Positions 54,501-64,000 of a stretch of DNA of 64,000 nucleotides are shown here, piece by piece. The notes under the pieces are model-generated. The model made no database searches, was not told where the DNA came from, and saw only the letters and a list, made by a program, of their open reading frames with translations. A program made the position numbers and the translations under genes. The stretch is from Catajapyx aquilonaris (Eukaryota), in contig KZ538050.1 of assembly GCA_000934665.2 (NCBI GenBank), positions 1-64,000 on the forward strand. Reading direction: 5' to 3'. Numbering within the stretch: the stretch's first letter is position 1; the number at the start of each line of letters is the position of its first letter.

Positions 54501-54790
54501 TTTGCAATAGCAAGCACTTTTTAAATAACTTATCCAGTAAGATGCGTAAGCAGAGACCGTACAACCCGGAACGCTTCCAAGAACAAAAAGGATTGCTTCC
54601 TCTCCGATAATGATATGAAAATAATGATTTTTAAAAAACAAAACAAGAATGCAGCAGGTTTTTTACGTGATGGCTGCGGGTAGTGTTCGTTAACATGGTT
54701 ATTAAAACCTTTAGGGCTTGTCACCCATTTTACTGACAAATTGCCAATCAAATATCGTTGCTTGCTGGGCGTATACAGCAGAGTGGACAG

Positions 54791-54824
<34 letters not shown>

Positions 54825-57800
54825 CCCATCTCCGGACGGATTATTGCAACGAAACGAGTTTGAAGGAGTTTATCTTCCCAGCTGGTGGCAAATATTTGCC
54901 CAGAAGATTCGATCCTGAAAGAGCCATCATGTCTGATAGAAAAGAATGGGACAATGGACAAGGTTAATGTTTCTGCTGGGAATCGATAGTCCTCCCTGTG
55001 ACAAGAGGGGAAGAAGAGGACCCGGTGTGGGTGGGTGGGTAGTAAGATACTCGGCGTCTCCGTTTTGCAAACTGAAAAATTCCCTTTTAAGACAATTGGT
55101 TCCATCAGCCTGAGAAGAAGAGGGCCGGAGTCCCCCTCAGAAGAGAGAGAGGCAATTAATCATGAATTAAATGACTGCGTGGGTCACACAACTCCCTGGC
55201 TCATATAATAATGACGGGCATCCATTTGGGGGGGCCAGAAGCCTTGCCTGTCAGATTGCGATAGGCCGGGCGTTTATTCCGACATGAAAATCGCTTCTTT
55301 TCCTTTAGCGACACGGGATCTTTCATGACTGGTGCGCGGCAAATGCCTGATATTATGTTTGTGCGTCCAATTTTCCCCGATGAATTATAGAGCTCCCTGA
55401 CACCTTGGCATTAATTAATTTCCTGCAGCGTCTTCTCCAATGGAATGGCGGTGGAGCAGGCGGGGATCGAACCCATCGACGCCCGACCCGAGTGGATGGG
55501 TTTGTGCCTGGGTAGGGCGTGCTCGTGACCAGATTTCTCTGAATCCTGCTAGGGCGTAGACGTAGAAATGTAGAGGAGGGAGGGATGCTTGTCTGAGAGC
55601 GGATCAGACACACTCCGGCGAGCCTTGTCGTTGAGTAAATTAGAGGCGTATAGACGTAGGGTGTGGCATGTGTCCAGCACGCGAGCGGAAGAAAACGGCA
55701 GTGTCACTCTGCACGCAGACGCACACAATTCCATTTATGCGTTCTGAATGGCACCATAAGCCTATCATGCTATGCCAAGGACCGCCAGCAAAAACGTGGG
55801 ACGACGATAAGGACGAAGAAAAATGCCCCCTACGTGACGCGAAAATTCCTGAAATCTAACATTTATCCCTGACGTGTAGTTTGCAATTAATTCAACTTGT
55901 ACAGGCAGGGGTAAAACCCCCTATCCTCATTATGCTCAAATCTGGAAATATGCATTATGAAAATGAAATATGTAGCGTGTTATCTCGTAATCCCACCGCC
56001 GAATACATTTGGAATACCTGCAGCTTTGTGGATTGGAAACAATATCGCAATTATTTCATATTGAAAGCCCCCCCGAGTGCGCCGTTTTGCTATTCCCACC
56101 CCAGACTGCAAATGAAATTATAAAAGCTGTCATCATTTGCCAGGAGAGCACAAGTCTACGTTTCCAGGATTTTGGAGGAAGCAGCAGCAGCAGGCGGTGG
56201 TTTTGATGAAAGAGACCCCCGCCTACAGATATAATTTACTCGGGTGACTTGAACGGCATCACTTGTGCCTACACACGCTCCCCTCCCTTGAAAGCACCAT
56301 CTTCAACATTAGCCTAATATCATACATCTGAGTGCCTGCTCCAAAGTAGGCATTAGCCTACTTCCTCCCACCCACACACCCCTCTTTCCCTATAGTGACA
56401 TCGAAATTAAGGTGGAAATGACCTGACCTATATCATGGCGCCTTAAGCATCGCAGCACATCCGCATCTCGTCAGAATTAATTCCGCTGCTGCGGTGCAAC
56501 CTAAAGGAATTTGTCACGCTAGGGAAGAACAGGTGAGGGGTCTCTAGTTAGTAACGACGCAATTCCCAGAAATAACTCTGGGTTGAGAGAAGGGGGGGAG
56601 GAGGTATAGAGAGGGGGGCAGTTGTGCTGGGGGAAAGGGAGCCGCTTTTCAAAGGAAGCGCTCGCAATACTTGGCACATTTTGGAAGACAAATGCTGGAA
56701 GGGAACGGTGTCATTTCCAGTTGGATGCCAGCTTTCCATATCTGCTCCATATTATGCATACATTTCTAGAGGAGGTTGTTTCAGCCGCTGTAGGGATGTC
56801 CAACCGCGCCTGCATGTTGAGTAATGGCTTAGAATCGAGTCATACACAACGCTTCTCTTGTACAATATCAGCGTCAAGCAGGATGACATCCAGGTGGTGT
56901 CTAATCTACTGTACCTGTGCCAAATAGGCCCCATTACGGATAGAAAAGTATATTATCCAAACAGTACTTGAAAGTTTATACCTTGCTCTGTAGAAATTGA
57001 AAAATAGCTACTACTTGACTGATGACAACAGGCCATTCGTTTCCATTCGTTTGCTCTGATGTAAATGACACAATTAGGGCATTTCAATCCCAATTTCTAG
57101 TGACATCAATAACAATAGAATTCCCATGGGCTAACTGGAGATGCAAAATGTGAGCCAGCAATTGGTGGAGAGGAATATTTTCCAGCCTTTGAATAAGACG
57201 ATGTTTTCTTAGCCATCTACTCTGAAGCCTTCTGAATTGACAAGCACACTGTGCTTCTCCCACAAGACAAATAGAGTGTTGGGTCATAATTCCCGCGGCT
57301 GCTAGATTCCAGCAAGTGAAAGCCCTAGGGAGTTCTGGCTGGGTCTGCCGGCGCGGCGAAATGAAACCAGAGTTATTTACTCAGTTTCCTGGGGCCCCCT
57401 TCTCCTTCTGCTGGTCCCGAGATCCTGATTCCCAGAAGCCGTAGCGGAATTCCCGCTACCATCAATTCACGTCGCTTCTTGGCTGGTAGGTCTCACACCA
57501 AAGCAGCTGAGGGGGCTATGCCACTCCCTTGTCATTTAAAAAGCTGCTAATCATATGTGGGTCAATATTCAGGGTAGGGAGCCCCCAATGTGTTGTTCTC
57601 TATACAGGGGTTCAAACGACTCCCCACAATGTCACATACTACACATATAGCCGTCGGAGCAATGCAGCGTATTGATTGACATGGATTTTTATGGAATTCA
57701 TTGCCGGTACAGGTTCATTTGGGCTGTCCCCTGGGGACGTAATTAGAGTGGGTTTCGAAATGAACATTTGGACAGGAGAAAATCATGGCGGGAGCCAATC

Positions 57801-60800
57801 GCGATGAGGTTTCTAGTTCTGATTATTCATGGATTACTCATGGGTGCGGTATCCCACCCTTATGCCCTCGCCATTTCCGCAGCCAGCAGTCATCATCGGG
57901 CTCGTATTTCATGAGCTTTGCATGTGCTTACTCGCAGGCTAGTCAGTAATGTTCCAATGCGGAATGCACACATTACTAGGGGACATTGTCATCTGAAACC
58001 TTACCCGCAGTGGCAAAAAAATTCAGAGCCATATGAAAATAATTATTTGATTTATTTAATGAAAATCATATGAATACGTTGCTGTTATGTCGCTTAATAA
58101 CAATGGGGGGTTCTGCCTAATTATAATAAATATTTAAAAACACCCACGGCTACTTTTTCGCCCCACACTTGGAATTGTTTAGTGGTCCTCTATTTCAAAC
58201 CTCAAAAGAGCCCGGTATTAATAATAGGACGAAAACAAGCCCTGCGGAATTTTAGAGCACGGTTGGCTGTAGAATAAATTTAAAAAGTATGTTCAAACTT
58301 CCTCTTGAAAATATTTACCATACCGGTAATTCAGTTCTGTCATTTTTACTGAGAGTGCGTGATATTATTTTTACCTATAAAGAATGCTGACATTGCCATT
58401 GTAACCATAATATCACAAATATTTTTCAATGGCTGTAAACTAATTCAATTGGATCCTACATCAAAAATGAAAAACTCGACCCTCGCATCCCTTGAAAATA
58501 CTTGTAGAGCAGCACAGTCCAAACCCAAAGTGGGATAAATTCGCACATAAAAGCTGACGAGCAATCCGCACGCATGTTGAACGCTGTCCCAAACGACTAC
58601 TCCGTGGAAATGAGCAGCAGGGACTTTTTGATTCCCCCTGTGCACCGAGGCGGTGGTGAGTGTTCCTTGGGGTAATAGTGAGACAGCCATCCCTTTGATC
58701 AGCCCACCGTGCAAAATAGTAGCCATCGGGCAGCAGCAATGGGTCGGCCATTGTGAGTACGCCATAGCCCAAAGGCGATAGGCGGAATAGAAGCCCGGTG
58801 CCAGCGAAGGAGTAAAAAAGAACAAACCGAGGCAAAGTGGATGGCCAGAGGGGTCTGTCCGCCCCGGTCCGGCGAAATTGCCGGCCGAGGAAATCCGCCG
58901 CCCAATTGCCTGCACTCATAGCGTTTGAGAGCAGCTCAGAAGTGACATCCGCAAAGAGCGACGGGGCCTTCCCAAACCTGGTGAATGGTTGTCGCCTTTT
59001 GGGACCAAGCGGGCCCCGAGATTGAATCCTCCCGCGCGAGCAAGTGCCCCATCAGCTTCCATTTTCGCAGGACTGCTAGATATAAGATTGCCGGCAAATT
59101 TCTGTGGGGGACCTTCCGGCCTGGAAGAAAAGGGTCATGTGGGTCGATGCCACATCGGAATAACCAGAGAGGCACTTTGTAAGACTTCCAAGTTAAGGTT
59201 ATTCATTTTCACGTCAGTGTCCGCATATCAGCTAGCAGCGGGCTCCTGTAAACGAGTCTAAATTGGTTTTATTCATTTATTCAATAAATAAATAAATAAA
59301 TAATATATTGCACCCTATTATCAATCATTTAAAAAGATAGACAGCTGACAGTGCACTATTATTTACAATGACTAGCGAACAATACAGGGTGATCCAAATT
59401 CTTGGGTTGTTTTTATAACTGATATCGCCCAATAGTAGTTATTTTTGTAGCTTGTTGTGCCCCTACCCAGGTGCCCTATTCTATACAGCAACTGCTATAT
59501 ATTCGGCCCACTGGGAGTCATGGGGAACCTGGATCGGGAACAATCTACACCAAAATAACTACTTTGGGTGATAGCAGTTATAAATAAAACGACCCACGAA
59601 TTTGGAACACCCTGTATATTATGCTGTATTACCCTGTATACTACAAACTTTGGTAATGACACAGTTGGAAAAAGTGGCGTACATGCTTACTTTTTCAATC
59701 AAAAAAGTACGTATAACTTTCACCCACTCTATCAGGCGTTTACGCCCACGTTTGCTAGCTACTGACTGAGGTAAAATAGAACCATAAGGCAGGACTATGC
59801 TACGTGCTGCTTCAATCTGCTTCTTGGAAGGATATGGTGGGTGGAAATAAATCAGAACGTCGTATAGCCTTCTAAGTGAACCTTGCATCCGCAATTTGCT
59901 CCAGAGTTTTGCAACGCTCGAGAAGCCCGTTAAAAACCGCCAACTAACAATGTGTGCCTGAAAGTGCCTGAAAGTTTCCATCGCGCATAGTATCACAAGG
60001 AGTCGGGGAAGCCCCGGAAAATCAACTTTGGTCCAATTGAGGAGAAATAAATAAGGGCTCGCTGGAAGCTGGATGCCAAGGCTAGTGGAAAATAAGCGAG
60101 AGATTGAATTCCAGCAGTGAGCAAGGTCTGTAGGTAGAGGCGAAACGTTGGGCGAAACTCTCCCCTGAGGCCAGCACAGGCGCCGATCTCTCCAAAAAGG
60201 GTCCATCGGCCACCCATTTCCTTTCCGGATAATTAAGCCCGGAAGTTTGGCGTAATCCAAGTCCACTCGTATCCGGCAGTGAGTGTCAGAGCGCCATCTT
60301 TTTCTCCACGCTGGAGCTAGCCCTAGGCTTTCTCTCTCTGGGTGCTACTGCCCTAACCCCAACCAGCAGGACTTGTTGACGTTGCACTCTAAACTGTGAT
60401 GATTGCGCGTAACGAGGCGGTGCTGCTCCAAGAGTGGATTCCAGCCCCTCTCATTTTCCAAATTAAATGATCGGCAGGAGGGAGGGGAGGAGAGGGGATA
60501 GGGATGGTCAAACACGAGACAAGATTTGCAAGGGACCTTAGGGCCCATGCTGGTTGGGAAGCTTCCTAATGAGCGGCTGGGCGTGTTTCTCTCGGAATTA
60601 AAGTCCGGAGGCGGGAGTGTTACACACTTTTGAGCAGGGTGTGTATCAGCTGGTCCTTAAGGCGAGTGAATTTCAAGCGCCATTTTCAGACCTTGGTGTT
60701 GATTCATGCTGATGACTTAAATTGGAGACAAGTGTTCTCCGTTTCCACTCGTCACCCGGGCGCTTCAGGCGAGTCCCCCCCGAGGGTTGCCGGTGTCAGT

Positions 60801-62355
60801 CGGAAGGTGAAGGTACACATCGCACGACACTATCGCCACCGCCAACTGACACGGGTGTGCTGTAGCAGCCAGCAGCGTACATTTTTGAGAGTCGAGTACA
60901 GTGCATGTTACCCTCCGTCACATTCTTCTGACAGGACTGAGTGATAAAAATTGCACGTTTGCATGGCTGTGACATTTGCAATGCGCACCACGACATTGCG
61001 GCCTGCATTTGTAGCGGTGAAATTTGGGGCTTGCTGATTGTCACGCCAGAAAACTTGGGCAAAATTGGAACATCGTCTGGAATGGTAACGCTTCCAACTT
61101 CCCTTTTTTTCCATATTTTGGTCGTGCCCGATATAGAGTGCTGACTCTCTCCGGTTGTTAACTTGATCCATCCCATCTCGTTCCCCTTCTTTTCTTCCTT
61201 CTGCGTTTTTCCACTTCTGATTGACGTACCCCGCCAAGCAAGAGAACGACTGCAGAACAAACAGTTTCTGGGCGAGTGCAACAAGGTAATAGGCCTTGCT
61301 GCTGGAGCTTGTGTACGGAGCCGATATTTCCCCTCCGCCTCAAGTGATAGATGTCTTTTCCCCACCGCTCAAAGGAAGAGAATGTCGTGGATGTAGTGGG
61401 TTTGTAGCAGGAGGTTCATCACGCCCACCCTTGCCGATGATCCTCTCTATATAACATTCCGGCTGGAAAAAGGGCTGGAAAGGGGTGGGTGGGTGGGAAA
61501 GTGACAGGGTGGGTTGGGTGGATGGGTGGGGTTGCATTATTCCGCTTCGAGTCCTGCGTGCTTCCTTTGATACCTTGATTTTTACGGACGTGACTTTTCC
61601 AATATCTAAGAAGCTGTCATGGGAATACTCATCCGTGAAGGGAGTTATGGAAAATGATTTACTGCCGATTCGCTGGAGCCCAATCTGGCCAAAAAATGGT
61701 CTGGTGTTTCGCTCCGGCCATGGAATCGCTGACAGACCGTATACACTACTAGGAAGACCCACTTTTCCTCATACCTATTCCCTGCCAATCTAACCCTTAA
61801 TAAATCATGTGGATTATACCTATTGGACTTCCCAATAGCTCTCAGCCGATCAAGAAAATAGCGTCGCATCCGGATGTAAAAACGGCTATATCAGACTTCG
61901 TGTTTGGCACTCGCAACAAATCATACGATGCGTGACCTGACTCACTGAGAGACTGACTCACCCACTCACTGACCCATCAGAAAATATTGAGGTCCTGGTT
62001 ACTGGGCGGGGGGTAGAAACTTTGCCAGAGGTACAGGAAATGCAGTCGGCGGGGGTGCGACTCTCTAATTGGTCACCAAACTTCGTGAAACTGGTTGTTC
62101 CTAAAAGCAAGCGTGTGGTTATGTGAACTTTATTGTACATTTCAACACCAAAAATGCCAAGTACAAATTAGCAAGTGGTTTGACATTGTTGATGACTGTT
62201 TCAGAACAACCTGCTACCAAGTGGAGAGAAGTCGGTGGAAGGTTTCTCCGTGACGATCGAGCGCGCCGACCGGCACCAAGCGGGTCTGTACCAGTGCACG
62301 GCTAGCAACGGAGTGGGCTCCTCCATCACGGCTGAGATCAACCTCCAGGTGCTCT
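30467..62355 (+). CDS. Partial multi-exon gene: klingon/CG34353-family IgSF cell-adhesion protein (lachesin/amalgam/IgLON-like). Join(30467..30589,33382..33582,51928..52049,62205..62355); incomplete at both ends
   Basis: Four exons with canonical splice sites and compatible phases (1/1, 1/1, 1/0, 0/1) splice to 597 nt: xRSQVPSYISNPQHPSFLSTGETFRVVQGDTLALPCEADNL-GDYYLLWKRGKAVLTAGRMMITKEKRMRLVDGFNLEIVKVQPQDAGDYICQISTDPPQEQAHTVEIL-VPPTIRRVPDDGQIVVRKGSSVTLECRTSGNPVPTITWTRK-NNLLPSGEKSVEGFSVTIERADRHQAGLYQCTASNGVGSSITAEINLQVL. This gives two complete Ig domains (Cys...Trp...D/A-x-G-x-Y-x-C). From memory, Ig1 resembles Drosophila Klingon and the RKNNLLPSGE junction resembles its paralogue CG34353. Orthology is not established, so no symbol is given. 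Confidence 0.93.
33382..33582 (+). CDS. IgSF gene internal exon: second half of Ig1
   Basis: Acceptor ttttttttgtccctcag|GT, donor CTAG|gtaagt; 201 nt, phase 1/1; encodes LLWKRG...LEIVKVQPQDAGDYICQI...HTVEIL. Confidence 0.95.
39381..39491. repeat. Minisatellite, about 30-32 bp unit, about 3.5 copies
   Basis: Unit approximately CAAAGAGTGTTATCCTGGAAACTATACA(A/C)CGC; core AGTGTTATCCT occurs four times. Confidence 0.9.
42211..42381. other. Assembly gap (171 N) following a poly-G tract
   Basis: Run of N directly after a G homopolymer, inside the 18.3-kb intron. Confidence 0.99.
45950..46091. mobile_element. MITE, TA-flanked, Tc1/mariner-like (142 bp)
   Basis: About 60-bp inverted arms CTATCGGGTTCAAATACTTTTGGCCACTT... 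/ ...AAGTGGCCAAAAGTATTTGAACCCGATAG with the first 29 bp perfect; TA at 45948-45949 and 46092-46093. Confidence 0.82.
46099..46516. mobile_element. MITE/foldback-like element with nested inverted repeats and GGTACTCC subrepeats (418 bp)
   Basis: About 55-60-bp TIRs containing CCCAAACAAGGATTGTCGC(gagtt)ATCCTGGCTTGGATGCAACCCATT; inner IR CAAGGGGTTAAC (46236-46247) / GTTAACCCCTTG (46428-46439); central hairpin 46314-46377; TA (within AGTACT) on both sides. Confidence 0.82.
51928..52049 (+). CDS. IgSF gene internal exon: first half of Ig2
   Basis: Acceptor ttttctctatttgtttcag|TG, donor AAG|gtaaaa; 122 nt, phase 1/0; encodes VPPTI...VTLECRTSGNPVPTITWTRK. Confidence 0.94.
54793..54821. repeat. (CT)n microsatellite
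   Basis: About 14 CT units. Confidence 0.95.
59385..59614. mobile_element. MITE, mariner-like (230 bp)
   Basis: TA|CAGGGTGATCCAAATTC...GAATTTGGAACACCCTG|TA; imperfect inverted arms extend about 75-80 bp. TA duplication and CAGGGTG termini are typical of Tc1/mariner derivatives. Confidence 0.85.
62205..62355 (+). CDS. IgSF gene internal exon: second half of Ig2 (reading frame absent from the supplied ORF track)
   Basis: Acceptor gactgtttcag|AAC, donor CTCT|gtaagt; 151 nt, phase 0/1; encodes NNLLPSGEKSVEGFSVTIERADRHQAGLYQCTASNGVGSSITAEINLQVL. Confidence 0.94.
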
Positions 62356-64000
62356 GTAAGTAGTCCAGCTATCTAACTAACCGGGTCCATGGGGGGTCCA
62401 GCACGCCATCTCTACCAGGAAAATCATTGACCAGGGCTTTGGAATGACTTAGTACGTTATGCGTGTCATCAAGTAAGGGGAGGCCTAAAGAAGAGATTTG
62501 CCTTGCGGTAAGGGAACGGTGAAACTTTCGGCAAAAGCCCTTTATGAAACAAATGCTAGGGGAGTAGAGGCGGCACATGGTGCAATTATAACAACGCCTA
62601 GGGCTGTAGGAATTGGGAGGTGTAGATGCAGCTCGGAGATCCTCATTCCTGTCGCCACTAAGAAAACGTTATTAGCGTCGCAGGGAACAGGGCGGAAAAT
62701 TGCGACACGGGTACGGGATAAACGCAGCCGCGATTAGTGTTATTATTTTCTTAATCTACATCATCATCATCATCATTATGCCACCCCTGCGGTATTCTCG
62801 GTGGTATATGGCAGCCGACGACCTCGGCTGGTGGCAAATTCCTTTGCTACTGAAACTTTTCTCACTTATTATTATGCGCCTTTCTCAACCACACCCTACA
62901 CTTTCCCACACACCCTCTGCGTCTCTTTTCTCCAACCACGAACCCCCCTCTAGACTGCTGGAAGATGCCATGGTTTCGTCTCTATATGCGGAATGCACTT
63001 TGTGAGCTTCTCTTTTATACAATTCCCTCTTCACTTTGGTATTCCCCTCTTTCCTTTACTCTTCGAAGCCATTTTCCAGAATGGATTTCTGTTCTTAGGG
63101 GGAAGGAAATGTGCAGACCATCCCGAGTTATGAGTGTGACCAGCCAAGGTGGCTTTGTTAAGCGCCTTCCCAAACTTTTTCTTGAAGGAGAGGAGGGGGG
63201 AGGAAAAAAGAAGAAGAAAAAAGTCTTTCCCTTCCCAAGATCTTGTTATGATGAAGCTCGTGGAGAAAAATGTTGTGGAAGTGGGCATTTGTTTGCATTT
63301 GAATGCATTTCTCTGGGCATGAACGTAACTTGGTTACGTGGCAGGTGTAAAAAATTTCCAAGTTCCTTTTTATGTCCCTGTGTTGCATGTAGGCCCCGGT
63401 AGCTTTTAAAAAAAGTATTTTCAATCAGATTGACGTGATTTTTTGTGTAAAAAGTTCGTCAAACTCCCAATTGCGTATTACGTGTGTGCGAGGTTTCCCT
63501 TCTTTGAAAATTGTTTATGACCTATTTGGGCACCACCTTTTAAAACTAAACTAGATTACTTTGTAGCCGAACATCAAAACGAACCCATGCAATGTGACAG
63601 AACCTTGTTATGAACCACAGTTACGCTCTATATGATTTTTAACAAACAACTCTATCGTGGTCCCAAATCATTAATATAAATTCGGTTTCTCCCATTACCG
63701 ATTCGGTATATTCCCAACCCTGTATTAGAAACTAGACCTATAGTCCCAGTCGAAAGCACTTGAGATAATTTGACGTGAGGGCTGCTGTCAGAAAGTCATG
63801 TCATTCCTGTGTACTAGGCTACTTGTATGGGAGCTTCCATCTCCGACGAGGTCTCCTTTGTATGTCCCCTTTGGGCATCAAGGACCGTGATGACATGACG
63901 ATAAATAAGCAGGAATTTATCGCAGGCAAAGTCGGTGACTGGAAAATCCTCCCTACAAGACCCCCTTGGCGTGAGCTGGACGTGCAATTATACTCCCTGG

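Noticed and set aside
55446..55500. tRNA-like 3' half on the minus strand (GGGTTCGATCCCCGCCTGCTCCACC)
   Set aside because: T stem is weak and there is no matching 5' acceptor strand or D arm
59619..60266. 215-aa minus-strand ORF; the segment HCWNSISRLFSTSLGIQLPASPYLFLL faintly recalls non-LTR retrotransposon C-termini
   Set aside because: No CCHC, RT or endonuclease motifs; non-ATG start; resemblance too weak to claim without an HMM search
33583..62204. Dscam-like mutually exclusive alternative Ig exons in the long introns
   Set aside because: No duplicated Ig half-exons recognised by eye or in the ORF track; a tBLASTn of each exon against the introns would be needed to exclude them fully
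63117..63135. Candidate next exon (Ig3 start) after tgtgcag
   Set aside because: In the required phase it reads YHPEL then a stop codon; the next exon probably lies beyond the window

Overview
Eukaryotic, almost certainly arthropod, genomic DNA. It is mostly intronic, with microsatellites, poly-G tracts, one 171-N gap and five single-N positions. Nearly all ORFs in the supplied track are spurious. The one well-supported gene is on the + strand: four GT-AG exons (30467-30589, 33382-33582, 51928-52049, 62205-62355) splice in frame into about 199 aa encoding two Ig domains of a klingon/CG34353-type (lachesin/amalgam-like) immunoglobulin-superfamily adhesion protein. Its signal-peptide exon and 3' exons were not found on the + strand in this window. 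A signal-peptide-like first coding exon with a consensus phase-1 donor lies on the opposite strand (21581->21485) and would join the first Ig exon in frame. That could reflect a mis-oriented contig or inversion, trans-splicing, a separate antisense gene, or chance. Non-coding DNA holds an apparently full-length tRNA-derived SINE with an 18-bp target-site duplication, a Harbinger-type MITE and three TA-flanked MITEs (two back to back, one with a foldback interior), plus small tandem repeats. No prokaryotic features (operons, CRISPR, rRNA) are present.
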